64,000 nucleotides of DNA from an uncultured Methanosarcinales archaeon (lineage in GTDB: Archaea > Nanobdellota > Nanobdellia > Woesearchaeales > UBA9642). The stretch is taken from contig CAZJFT010000001.1 of the NCBI GenBank assembly GCA_964545585.1, positions 6,056 through 70,055 on the forward strand, read 5' to 3'. The notes beneath the pieces were generated by a model. It did no database searches, had not been told where the DNA came from, and saw nothing but the letters and a program-made list of their open reading frames with translations. This document shows positions 46,641 through 55,718 of this stretch, in pieces. Made by a program: the position numbers and the translations under genes. How positions within the stretch are numbered: the first letter of the stretch is position 1; the number at the start of each line of letters is the position of its first letter.

Positions 46641-48276
46641 AATTCTCTTTCTTCTTCACAATCTTCTTTTTCCTTCCAGAAGTGTTGTTTGCCATCCATA
46701 TTTTCCGCGATGCGTATTGTGCCGGATTTTTTATCTTTGGGCAAAATCCGTCTGGGTGGCAGAATTGTGTGTCTATCATGTATCCTTTATTGTCGCAATT
46801 AGGGGGAGATAATTTCTCTTTTTGTGACTTATGATATCGTAGTTGTCCTTTGATGTATGTCTCGCGTAATTTGTCCGGAGAATTTCTTTCGTTCCATTTC
46901 AAAACATACTCCGCTATCCTTTCATGTGGCCAATTGCATGATGAAAGGAAGTTTATCAATATCAACAATGCACGCTTCTTGCCATCCTCTAACCCGGCAG
47001 ATATGTGTTGTATGCATGGAGGGAAGTATTCTTCAGGGATTGCCTGCGCATTCTCTTCAATATTAGAGTCTTTTTTATATTCTCTCTTATATGTCTCTTT
47101 CAATGAATCCTTCTTCTGTTTCTCCGTCTGGAAATCGAATGCTTTCTGGAATAATTGCTCTGCCTCTGAAGACTTGCACGATTCTCTTTCTAAGAAAGCG
47201 TAAGGTTTGAACTTCGAAGGCTCTGCTTCTGATTTCTCGAATTTCAATATTCTCTTTATGTCGAACGGCATCGAGACAAGGCCGGTCTTTTCATGAAGTG
47301 AATAAGGCATCCTGTAAAGGTGCCTTGAACTTATCAGTATCGTGTCTACTGCAACTATCTTTGAGAGGTCGAACTCTTTGCGAACAGAGTCGGAGCCGCA
47401 CTTGCATATGCTCTTCTTGATAGGGTGTTTCTCCATAATCTTCTTGCATTTAGGGCATTGCATGAACGGCTTATCTGCGTCCTCAAGAGAATTTTCACAA
47501 TATGGACAGATATATTGTATCCTGTCCTTAGGCATCTCTTTTATTGAAGAATCACATTTATTGCACTTTATGACTATCATATCTTCTTTCTTTGTGCCTG
47601 TCTCTGATTCGAGTCGAGATATCGGAACAGACACTTTTCCAAAGCGTATCTTCTCTTCATCCACAACAATAAGATTCTTATCGACATAATCGACTATATA
47701 TGCCGCAATCCTTCTAGGTCCGTCAGGGAAAAGGTCCTTCACATCAAAATATTTACCGTCAAGATAATATTGTTTTTTAGGGAATGCTTCAAACGGAACA
47801 GCGATATGGAAACCTTTTGAACCGGAGAATTTTACAGTCACTGAATCGATCCCGTGGTCCTTCAATGCTTTTATGAAAACGTAAGCTGCAAGCTTGCTGA
47901 ACGTCCAGTAAGGACAGTCAATATCTAATATCAAATCCCATCCCTTGCGCAGATCATCTATCTCATTCTTTTTCAAATTAGGATTTATCTGCAACGGATT
48001 AGACCATAATTCCTCAGAGCAATGGAATGAAGTGGCCCCTTTCTTAGCAGACTCAAGAATATCATTCTCATACATCAATGTGTCAGGACGCTTTCCGAAT
48101 GATTCATTATAACGAACAGCAATCTCCTTATCCATAGCATACATTAGAAGAAGTTTCTGGACCTCTTTTCTCTTATAATATGATAATGTCTGATGGAGCT
48201 CAAGCATGAAGGATGAGAATAAGACTGCGTTTATATAGGTTTTTGTAGAATGTCTAGTGCTTGCACTCAACAGCAT
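46639..48276 (-). CDS. priS: DNA primase, fused PriS catalytic domain + PriL-CTD-like Fe-S domain (true start possibly at an internal Met downstream of the fur overlap)
   Basis: PriS core DLILDIDCPYWTF...SVTVKFSGSKGFHIAVPF; Zn ribbon CNKCD...CPYC; C-terminal PPCIQHISAGLEDGKKRALLILINFLSSCNW...PPNCDNKGYMIDTQFCHPDGFCPKI resembles the PriL C-terminal domain. Confidence 0.7.
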   Translation of the reverse strand: MLLSASTRHSTKTYINAVLFSSFMLELHQTLSYYKRKEVQKLLLMYAMDKEIAVRYNESFGKRPDTLMYENDILESAKKGATSFHCSEELWSNPLQINPNLKKNEIDDLRKGWDLILDIDCPYWTFSKLAAYVFIKALKDHGIDSVTVKFSGSKGFHIAVPFEAFPKKQYYLDGKYFDVKDLFPDGPRRIAAYIVDYVDKNLIVVDEEKIRFGKVSVPISRLESETGTKKEDMIVIKCNKCDSSIKEMPKDRIQYICPYCENSLEDADKPFMQCPKCKKIMEKHPIKKSICKCGSDSVRKEFDLSKIVAVDTILISSRHLYRMPYSLHEKTGLVSMPFDIKRILKFEKSEAEPSKFKPYAFLERESCKSSEAEQLFQKAFDFQTEKQKKDSLKETYKREYKKDSNIEENAQAIPEEYFPPCIQHISAGLEDGKKRALLILINFLSSCNWPHERIAEYVLKWNERNSPDKLRETYIKGQLRYHKSQKEKLSPPNCDNKGYMIDTQFCHPDGFCPKIKNPAQYASRKIWMANNTSGRKKKIVKKKEN

Positions 48277-48652
48277 TATGCTCCGCAGTGTTTCTCTTCA
48301 TACAATTCTCGCACACTCCAGTGACGTCTATCTGGAAGTGGCATATAGTGCCTTTTATGCTTTTCTTTATTGTGCCTATGTCTTTTATTTCTATATGGGC
48401 ACGTTTCCCGCATATCTGGCATGTATAATGTGAATGGCTGCTTGAACTGTTTGAGTATATATTGCGGCCGTCGCAGATGTATGAATGCAATTGCCTATTT
48501 TTTGCTTTTTCTTTCAGGAAACGGTATATCGTGGCTATGCCTATCCCATTATTCTTCATCCGGGAATATAGCTCCTCTGCTGTGAAGAACCCCTTTATCT
48601 TATTGATCTCTTTTTCTAATATCTCCTTCTGTCTAGTGTTGCGTGACTTCAT
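48254..48652 (-). CDS. zur: Fur-family metalloregulator (Zur/Fur)
   Basis: 132 aa; RQKEILE...FTAEELYSRM...IGIATIYRFL wH; HxH and CxxC...CxxC metal sites (HSHYTCQICGK...GVCENC). Confidence 0.75.
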   Translation of the reverse strand: MKSRNTRQKEILEKEINKIKGFFTAEELYSRMKNNGIGIATIYRFLKEKAKNRQLHSYICDGRNIYSNSSSSHSHYTCQICGKRAHIEIKDIGTIKKSIKGTICHFQIDVTGVCENCMKRNTAEHNAVECKH

Positions 48653-48663
48653 GCAAAAAAACC

Positions 48664-48686
48664 TTATTGATAATCGAAATCAATAA
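48664..48686. promoter_or_regulatory. Fur-box-like palindrome in the divergent zur / ZIP promoter region
   Basis: TTATTGATAATCGAAATCAATAA; inverted repeat with GATAAT half-sites. Confidence 0.55.
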
Positions 48687-48717
48687 CATATTTAAATAAG
48701 TTGCGATTCTTAAGAGA

Positions 48718-49488
48718 ATGGACACTACAACAATAATCTACGGGATATCAAGCGTAATAATAGTCAGCATCCTATCATTGATAGGGGTGATAATATTCTT
48801 CCTGAAAGAATCAAAGATACGCAAAATACTTTTATACATAGTCAGCTTCGCAGTAGGCGTATTTTTAGGAGACATATTCATACATCTCCTGCCGGAAGCA
48901 TTCGAGGAATACGAGGCGACACAGACGGCAATATACATATTATCAGGAATAGTATTCTCATTCATAATAGAAAAGATAATACACTGGAAACACAGGCACG
49001 TACATAAGAAAGACGAAGAACACACGCACCATCCGCATGCGTTTGCGGTAATGAACCTGTTCGGCGATGCATTCCATAATTTCATAGACGGGATAATAAT
49101 AGCGACAAGCTACGTGATAAGCATCCCTGTAGGGATTGCGACAACAATAGCGGTCATATTCCACGAGATACCGCAAGAGATAGGAGACTTCGGAATACTG
49201 CTTGCAGGAGGATTCTCAAAAGCGAAAGCAATAATGCTCAATCTGCTCGTCTCAGTCACAGCAATAATCGGAACAATAGTAGGGTTCATACTTATCAGCG
49301 CAGAAGGAGTGCTTGCATTCTTGATGCCCTTCTCTGCAGGAACATTAATCTATATAGTTGCAGCAAACCTAATACCTCAACTACATAAGAGTGCGCATGA
49401 AGAAAATAGCCTAAAGATAAGCATCCTGCAAGTTGTCATGATACTCCTAGGTATAGCGGCAATGTTCGCATTGACATTGATAGAATGA
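48718..49488 (+). CDS. zupT: ZIP-family zinc transporter (ZupT-like)
   Basis: 256 aa; His-rich loop HRHVHKKDEEHTHHPH; HNFIDGIIIA and FHEIPQEIGDFGIL ZIP signatures. Confidence 0.8.
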   Translation: MDTTTIIYGISSVIIVSILSLIGVIIFFLKESKIRKILLYIVSFAVGVFLGDIFIHLLPEAFEEYEATQTAIYILSGIVFSFIIEKIIHWKHRHVHKKDEEHTHHPHAFAVMNLFGDAFHNFIDGIIIATSYVISIPVGIATTIAVIFHEIPQEIGDFGILLAGGFSKAKAIMLNLLVSVTAIIGTIVGFILISAEGVLAFLMPFSAGTLIYIVAANLIPQLHKSAHEENSLKISILQVVMILLGIAAMFALTLIE

Positions 49489-49517
49489 ATAAGAATAATG
49501 TGTTGAGAAAAATAATC

Positions 49518-50420
49518 TTACATCGTTTCTAGTCTTCTTATCCTTTCATCTATTGGCGGATGTGTCGAGAACATGTTCGAGAATGAGCCTTTCTTGAATG
49601 GGTTGCTGAAGAATAGATGAGCAGTGGCTTTTGTAGCGATTTTTGTATCCTGAACAGAATCCTTCTTTATCTTCTTCAATGCATCCGCAAGCCCCTGAGG
49701 ATGCCTGCTGAGTATTGCACCAGTCGCATCTGCAGCATACTCTCTCCTCCTGGAAATAGCCAGCTTTATCAATTCAGCAATAAGTGGCGCAAGAATCGCC
49801 AACACTATACCTACAACCAATATCACTGCATTCCCTTTCCCGCCATTATCATTGTTTCCGCCGCCAAACCACATGCTCCTTATGAAAAGGTCACTAAGCA
49901 ATGCTATTAGTCCGACAAGTATTACTGTCACAGTCATCAATCGCATATCATAGTTCTTCACATGCGCCATCTCATGCGCAATCACGCCTTCAAGCTCTAC
50001 CCTGTTCAATTTCTTCAATGCGCCTTCTGTGACTGCGATGCTTGCATGTTCAGGATCTCTTCCTGTTGCAAAAGCATTTATTGATTGGTCCGGTATGACA
50101 TAAATATTGGGCGTCGGAACTTGAGCGGCTATGGCAAGACCCTCAACACTATTTATATAATGCGCGTGCTCTTTCCTGTTTGCAGGCCTTGCATTACTTA
50201 TCTGCAACGCGGCCTTATCACCCCAGAAATAACTGGCGAGCGCCATGACTATAGATATAATGAATGCTATGAACATGAAACTAATTATTATCGTAGGACT
50301 CCCCTGCCCATACCATAAACCTATTACATATGCTAATCCTATAAGGACCGCGGCAAACAAGAACATCAATAAGTAGCTCTTGAACTTATTCTTTGCAGCC
50401 TCATCAAATGCATTAGCCAT
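49518..50420 (-). CDS. htpX: HtpX-like M48 zinc metalloprotease
   Basis: 300 aa; N-terminal TM helices; HEMAHVKNYD (HExxH); C-terminal TM. Confidence 0.8.
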   Translation of the reverse strand: MANAFDEAAKNKFKSYLLMFLFAAVLIGLAYVIGLWYGQGSPTIIISFMFIAFIISIVMALASYFWGDKAALQISNARPANRKEHAHYINSVEGLAIAAQVPTPNIYVIPDQSINAFATGRDPEHASIAVTEGALKKLNRVELEGVIAHEMAHVKNYDMRLMTVTVILVGLIALLSDLFIRSMWFGGGNNDNGGKGNAVILVVGIVLAILAPLIAELIKLAISRRREYAADATGAILSRHPQGLADALKKIKKDSVQDTKIATKATAHLFFSNPFKKGSFSNMFSTHPPIDERIRRLETM

Positions 50421-50458
50421 AAGACATCACCATTCAAATACAAAAAAAAACAAAAAAA

Positions 50459-51010
50459 TCACTCAAATCCTACCTTCACATTCTCTCTTTCTGCACCTTC
50501 AGTCTTGAAGAAGTCTCTCTGCTTGAAATTGAACATGCCAGCAACAATGCTTCCAGGGAATTGCTGAGTGCCGTTATTGTATGAAAGCACGGAATCATTA
50601 TATGCCTGCCTAGCATAAGCAATCTTGCTCTCTGTGCCTGAAAGCTCTTCCTGCAACATCCTGAAATTCTCGCTCGCCTCAAGCTTAGGATATGCCTCAG
50701 CAACAGCAAACAGGCTCTTCAGAGTCTCAGACAACATATTGTTAGCCTTGGCCTTTTCAGGAACGGTCTTCGCTTCCATCAATGCAGTCCTTGCCTTTGT
50801 GACTTCAGTGAATACCTTACGCTCATGCTTAGCATAGCCCTTCACTGTCTCAACAAGATTCGGTATCAAATCATACCTTCTCTTCAATTGGACATCTATC
50901 TGTGCCCAAGCGTTATCTATCCTGTTCCTTAGAACAACGAACCGATTATACATGACTATCAGTATAAATACAATTACTACCACTACACCAGTAATTATCC
51001 ATCCTATCAT
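50459..51010 (-). CDS. lemA: LemA family protein
   Basis: 183 aa; N-terminal TM then [38 protein letters not shown], the LemA signature; usual LemA-HtpX pairing. Confidence 0.85.
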   Translation of the reverse strand: MIGWIITGVVVVIVFILIVMYNRFVVLRNRIDNAWAQIDVQLKRRYDLIPNLVETVKGYAKHERKVFTEVTKARTALMEAKTVPEKAKANNMLSETLKSLFAVAEAYPKLEASENFRMLQEELSGTESKIAYARQAYNDSVLSYNNGTQQFPGSIVAGMFNFKQRDFFKTEGAERENVKVGFE

Positions 51011-51132
51011 GGTCTCACCTATGACATGAAAGGGGTGTTTTTTATAAATTTTCTGGAAACAACTTAAAGAAAAATTTATAAATATGTATATTTTATCCTC
51101 TATAAATCAACTAAATTGGAGGGTGATTTAAA

Positions 51133-51495
51133 ATGGCAAAAGGATCTACGGATTTATTAGCAAAAGTAGGAAGTTGGGCATTTATAATCGGTGTTATAAT
51201 TGCTTTGATAGTAGGAATATTTTCGGATGCAAACAACGGCGTGACTACATCAGTATTGATCGTGCTTGGATTGATAGTCGGATTCCTAAACGTTACAGGA
51301 AGGGAAACAACACCATTCTTGCTAGCGACAGTGTCTTTGGTAATAGTTGCAAGCTTCGGAAGCCAGACATTAGGGGACGTTGCGATGGTAGGCTCATTCC
51401 TTCAAGGAACATTGGGCGCATTGATGACATTCGTCATCCCAGCAACAATCATAGTGGCTTTGAAAGCAATCTATGCATTGGCACATGACGAGTGA
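51133..51495 (+). CDS. Small membrane protein (3-4 TM)
   Basis: 120 aa hydrophobic ORF. Confidence 0.45.
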   Translation: MAKGSTDLLAKVGSWAFIIGVIIALIVGIFSDANNGVTTSVLIVLGLIVGFLNVTGRETTPFLLATVSLVIVASFGSQTLGDVAMVGSFLQGTLGALMTFVIPATIIVALKAIYALAHDE

Positions 51496-51576
51496 AATCG
51501 TCAATTTTTATTTTCTTTTTTTAATTCTTCTTCAAAAAAAACAATATTTATAATATAGGAGATATAATTATACTCC

Positions 51577-51819
51577 ATGAAACCAATCATAAAGGCCGTA
51601 AGCTTCGGGATTTTGATTTTTATTGCGTTGACAGGCGTTTTACTAATACTGATAAAGACGAGCATGCCTGTGAATATTTCTTGTGTTGTTGTTGCAGATA
51701 ACTATCTCAGCTGCGATTATTCCAGGTGGGAGTTTTTTAGGGTAATATATAATGCTGCAATAATAACTGTCGCTGTGCTAGCAAGCATATTATATTGGAA
51801 GAAGCTGACACGCAATTAA
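51577..51819 (+). CDS. Small membrane protein (2 TM)
   Basis: 80 aa hydrophobic ORF. Confidence 0.4.
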   Translation: MKPIIKAVSFGILIFIALTGVLLILIKTSMPVNISCVVVADNYLSCDYSRWEFFRVIYNAAIITVAVLASILYWKKLTRN

Positions 51820-51877
51820 AAAAAAAAAATAGAATAAAAAAAGAGGATGAACCTCTTAGAAAAAAATCAAGAAAAGC

Positions 51878-52129
51878 TTATTTTCTCTTCTTCTTCCTGC
51901 CGCCTCGAGCCATCTTTGCTCTTGAGACGTTTCCTTTCTTATCTACGAAATATAAGTAGCCCTTCTCTTTCTTTACGCCAACTTTAGCTACTTTCTTTGA
52001 GCCCTTCTTTGCTTTTCCGCCGCCCCTAGCCATAGTAGCAGCTGATATGTCTCCCTGTTTATCTACGAAATACAGGAATCCTTTCTGTTTCTTTACTCCG
52101 ACTTTTGCAACTGTTTCCATATTAGTCAC
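51878..52129 (-). CDS. Small basic protein composed of two tandem ~37-aa repeats (candidate nucleic-acid/chromatin-binding)
   Basis: AKVGVKKQKGFLYFVDKQGDISAATMARGG / AKVGVKKEKGYLYFVDKKGNVSRAKMARGG; Lys/Arg-rich tail; loose resemblance to SH3-like Sul7d/Cren7 strand patterns. Confidence 0.45.
   Translation of the reverse strand: MTNMETVAKVGVKKQKGFLYFVDKQGDISAATMARGGGKAKKGSKKVAKVGVKKEKGYLYFVDKKGNVSRAKMARGGRKKKRK
51884..52108. repeat. Intragenic tandem duplication (~110 nt unit x2)
   Basis: ttatctacgaaatataagtagcccttctctttctttacgcc vs ttatctacgaaatacaggaatcctttctgtttctttactcc, and downstream matching segments. Confidence 0.6.
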
Positions 52130-52258
52130 CCCAACTCATACGAGTTATAATCTGTCCTGGAGAACCTAGTTTATAAAGTTTATTATTTTTCAGTCGGAGA
52201 AATGATGTTTATAGACGAGAAAATGCATACTATAAATTAAGGTATTTTTTCGTCGGAG

Positions 52259-53038
52259 TCAATTCTTTTGCTCGAGTGAAATACTGTAGAAAAGCGCGAA
52301 AATACATCCTATGATGAACGCTATTATGAAAAGCCACCCCATCCCCACATAATTTGCAGACGACAAGACCAATCCTGCAAAGATTACGATTGTTATGAAA
52401 ACAAGCACATATAATGTCCTGGAAAAATAGAACAGGCCGAGTCCATCAGATCCTGAATCCATCTTAGAGGGCATATCTATCTTCGGTATTGGAAGTATTG
52501 AATATATCGCCAGCAGAAGATTGACTATTATCATCGATAACACCGCCTCATTCCTTCCTGTGGCGAAAAATATGGGACCCAGTATAAGTATCAAAATCAC
52601 ATGCGATATCGGCCCAGCCAACGCAACTCTAGCTATATCTTTGAGATTAAGACCATACCTAAACTTTCCAAGTCTTAGACGCGGCACCTGCTCTATCATC
52701 ACCGCTCCAGGCAATACAAATGCCAGATATCCGAAAGAGAGGAATGCTAAGAACACTGTGAACAGCAACCCGTTGAGCCAAAAGCTGTACGTCGCCTTAT
52801 ACCCTAATTTTATTGCGGCCAGCTTCTGTAAAGATACGTGGACATACATGCATAATAAGACGACGACTGTCGCAAACAACAGATTAACTAATCCTACAGG
52901 CACGTCTACTGTTTCTCCCGTCCCCCACTTCCTGAAAGATAATGCGAACCCGAAAGCTAGCGATGTCCAGAACAATTGAGAAAGCTCCGACCTAGAAAAA
53001 TTGAAGTTCTCCTTTACCGAATGCCAATAGCCATACAT
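52259..53038 (-). CDS. Site-2 protease (M50) family homolog with degenerate active site (predicted inactive)
   Basis: 259 aa polytopic; HExxH position reads VHVSLQKLAAIKLG; conserved LAGPISHVIL (AGPxxN-like) and NLLLAIYSILPIPKID (NLLPxxPxD-like) retained. Confidence 0.45.
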   Translation of the reverse strand: MYGYWHSVKENFNFSRSELSQLFWTSLAFGFALSFRKWGTGETVDVPVGLVNLLFATVVVLLCMYVHVSLQKLAAIKLGYKATYSFWLNGLLFTVFLAFLSFGYLAFVLPGAVMIEQVPRLRLGKFRYGLNLKDIARVALAGPISHVILILILGPIFFATGRNEAVLSMIIVNLLLAIYSILPIPKIDMPSKMDSGSDGLGLFYFSRTLYVLVFITIVIFAGLVLSSANYVGMGWLFIIAFIIGCIFALFYSISLEQKN

Positions 53039-53073
53039 ACAGCAATCTTTAGGACATGATTATTTAAATTTTC

Positions 53074-53607
53074 TCATAATCTTAAGACATTCAACAATGA
53101 ATTGAGCACGGATCTCGATTTCATCCTCAAAGGATCTTTCGCGAGGCTGAATGAGTCTGTCTTCAGGCGATACTTTCTTGCGATGACGGCATTCTGGAAC
53201 ATCCTCCCTAAAGTCCGTATCCTGTTCTTCTCAAGGAGATTATTGAATGAGAAAACTACACGAATGCCTCTTTCCCTACATAATTTTGCATGCACCTGGT
53301 TGAGTGCAGTCCTCTTATAATGGAAAGAGTCTTTCCTATCGAAAAGCTCAGCATTGATTATATAGTCGACCTTAGACTCGAAGAACTGCCTCTCTGCCGG
53401 CGCAAACACATAATCAAAATTCTTTCTTGCAACACTGATATGGTTTGTTGTCGAGACAAGGAATGCAGTCTTTATCCGTATCTTGTCAGAAGAATATTTG
53501 TATTTGATGTTTTTAGAAAGGAACACCACCTCTTCATATCCTAAACATGCTGCCATCTCAATGAATTCTTCCTCATTCTCCTCCGGCATCACCACATCAA
53601 ACATCAT
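53074..53607 (-). CDS. rnp3: RNase P protein subunit Rpp30 (Rnp3)
   Basis: 177 aa; segments FDVVMPEENEEEFIEMAACLGYEEVVFLS, VDYIINAE, ALNQVHAKLCRERGIRVVFSFNNLL align with Rpp30 TIM-barrel blocks. Confidence 0.6.
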   Translation of the reverse strand: MMFDVVMPEENEEEFIEMAACLGYEEVVFLSKNIKYKYSSDKIRIKTAFLVSTTNHISVARKNFDYVFAPAERQFFESKVDYIINAELFDRKDSFHYKRTALNQVHAKLCRERGIRVVFSFNNLLEKNRIRTLGRMFQNAVIARKYRLKTDSFSLAKDPLRMKSRSVLNSLLNVLRL

Positions 53608-53664
53608 TCTAGAATATGATTCAATTTTAAAAATGTTTATATAGGGGGCAGCATACCTTGAATT

Positions 53665-54342
53665 ATGGAAGAAAGAGTTCAGAAGATAATGGCTAATTCA
53701 GGATACTGCTCCAGAAGGCATGCTGAGGAGCTCATATCAAAAGGAAAAGTATTCGTCAACGGAAAGAAGATCAAGCTCGGCGATAAGGCAGATGCAGAAA
53801 AGGACGAGATAATGGCGAACGATGAAGTCATACGTAAAGAAAAACCTATATATATAATGCTCAACAAGCCGAAACATTACGAGGTGAGCATGGCTCCGGA
53901 CACAAAGAATGTGTTTGCACTCGTGGGCCTGCCTCAGAGAATCATAGCGGTAGGAAGGCTTGACAAGAACACGACAGGACTGCTTCTTTTGACTAATGAT
54001 GGCGACTTCGCTAACAAGATAACACATCCGCGATACGAGAAAGAGAAGACATATTATGTAAAACTCGATAAGAGAATTGAAGAGAAGGATATTAAAAAAC
54101 TTGAGCAAGGAGTGAACCTACAGGATGGATGGATAAAGGCAAAAGTGAAAGTCTATCAGAAAGACCAGATAGAGATAACTATACATGAAGGCAAGAAGCA
54201 CATAATAAAAAGGCTGTTGTTCAAGCTAGGATACTTCGTCAAGGAGCTTGCACGCGTGAAGATAGGAAATTTAAGGATGGATGTCAAGATAGGCAAATGG
54301 AGATACTTGACGAAGAAAGAAGTAGATGATTTGATGAGATGA
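53665..54342 (+). CDS. Pseudouridine synthase, RsuA/RluB family with N-terminal S4 domain
   Basis: 225 aa; S4 motif GYCSRRHAEELISKGKVFVNGKKI; catalytic block AVGRLDKNTTGLLLLTNDG (RLD...GLLL). Confidence 0.8.
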   Translation: MEERVQKIMANSGYCSRRHAEELISKGKVFVNGKKIKLGDKADAEKDEIMANDEVIRKEKPIYIMLNKPKHYEVSMAPDTKNVFALVGLPQRIIAVGRLDKNTTGLLLLTNDGDFANKITHPRYEKEKTYYVKLDKRIEEKDIKKLEQGVNLQDGWIKAKVKVYQKDQIEITIHEGKKHIIKRLLFKLGYFVKELARVKIGNLRMDVKIGKWRYLTKKEVDDLMR

Positions 54343-54352
54343 TGCACAAATC

Positions 54353-55174
54353 TTAATGCTTCAATTTTGCAATATTTGAGACTTGTTGCTTATGCAATTC
54401 TAGGAACGTGTTATATCTATCTTTAAAAGTCATCATTACTCCTGCCCCGGCACCCAATACTGCTATTACAATTAAAAGATTATTAAAATCTGACTTAAAT
54501 GGATGTATCTGATCTACAAGTACATGCATCAGACTTGCCAGACCCGTGACGCCGACAACATTTATTGTCCCTTTTTTCAAAATAGATAATGCTTGTTTTA
54601 AGAATTGATCGGCGGCACTCTCATATATTATTTCTACAGATTTCTCCAATATTTTTGTCTCTTCCTTGAGTTCAGACTCCCACAATGACATGTACCTGTC
54701 GAACATCCTTTTGCGCTCATCTAATATTTGTTGTATCTTTCCAGACTCATGTTTTTTCAAGATGGCCAAAAAGTTTTCCTCTGTAGACATTCTGTCCTCT
54801 ATAAGCGGGATATGGCCATTATACTCGGCGGTTATCTCAAAAATAGCGCTTATTCTTCTCCGAGTATCTTTGCTCTTAATGGATGATTCGGCCCAGGAAA
54901 CGACTTCTTCCTCTATCTCAAGCAAATCCTTTATGCCTTTCTTTATCACAATCATCAAACGTTTATCATCGTTTATACATCGTTCAATAATTTTTTCAGC
55001 TTCAAGATTGCTTGTTTTGTTGAAAATAGTCCCGTCCAAAAAAGTCAATAGACGTATGGCTTTTTGTCTTTGGAGAGCTATCTCTGTTCTTAAAGCATAC
55101 ACTTTAGCCATATTTATGCGAATCTTTTCAATCTCGCTTATAGAATGATTGTTAATCGTCATAAAAAATAACAA
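54353..55174 (-). CDS. Hypothetical coiled-coil protein with C-terminal TM helix
   Basis: 273 aa ORF. Confidence 0.4.
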   Translation of the reverse strand: MLFFMTINNHSISEIEKIRINMAKVYALRTEIALQRQKAIRLLTFLDGTIFNKTSNLEAEKIIERCINDDKRLMIVIKKGIKDLLEIEEEVVSWAESSIKSKDTRRRISAIFEITAEYNGHIPLIEDRMSTEENFLAILKKHESGKIQQILDERKRMFDRYMSLWESELKEETKILEKSVEIIYESAADQFLKQALSILKKGTINVVGVTGLASLMHVLVDQIHPFKSDFNNLLIVIAVLGAGAGVMMTFKDRYNTFLELHKQQVSNIAKLKH

Positions 55175-55201
55175 TATAAGAAGAAGTATAAAAATCTTTC
55201 T

Positions 55202-55639
55202 TTACAATTCTTCTATCTTCTTCACTTCTTCCACGGCCTCTTTCAACGCTATCTTCTCAGGCTCCCATGTGAGCTTGTTCTGCACTGAATCGAGCATTGC
55301 CCACAGATAATTATCGTGCTTCTTTCCTGCGGCATAATTCTTCACAGGAATATTCATTGATGCATTCACTAGATAGAATTGGAACACGTGGGTGTCCTGC
55401 CCATCCTGGAATGCGCATGTGGAATTAAGCTCTTTTATTATCTTGAATTTTGATATTCCTACTTGTTCCTTGACCAATCGTTCCACTGCGGCTTCCTCTC
55501 CTTCTCCATCTTCAAGAAGCGTTTTAGGGAATTCCCATCCGTGCCATCCTTCAACCCTTCTCAATATCAGGAAGAACAATTCTCCATTATTATCATATGT
55601 TATTATCTGAACACCATGCTGCTCCATTACAATCACCAA
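55202..55639 (-). CDS. NUDIX hydrolase
   Basis: 145 aa; Nudix box GWEFPKTLLEDGEGEEAAVERLVKEQVGI (Gx5Ex7REUxEExGU). Confidence 0.7.
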   Translation of the reverse strand: MVIVMEQHGVQIITYDNNGELFFLILRRVEGWHGWEFPKTLLEDGEGEEAAVERLVKEQVGISKFKIIKELNSTCAFQDGQDTHVFQFYLVNASMNIPVKNYAAGKKHDNYLWAMLDSVQNKLTWEPEKIALKEAVEEVKKIEEL

Positions 55640-55718
55640 TAATCGAAGAATATGGATATTTTAAATAGTTTATTATTTCATAGTAAACTATTTTAACTCG
55701 ACACGCTTTTGCTCTTCC

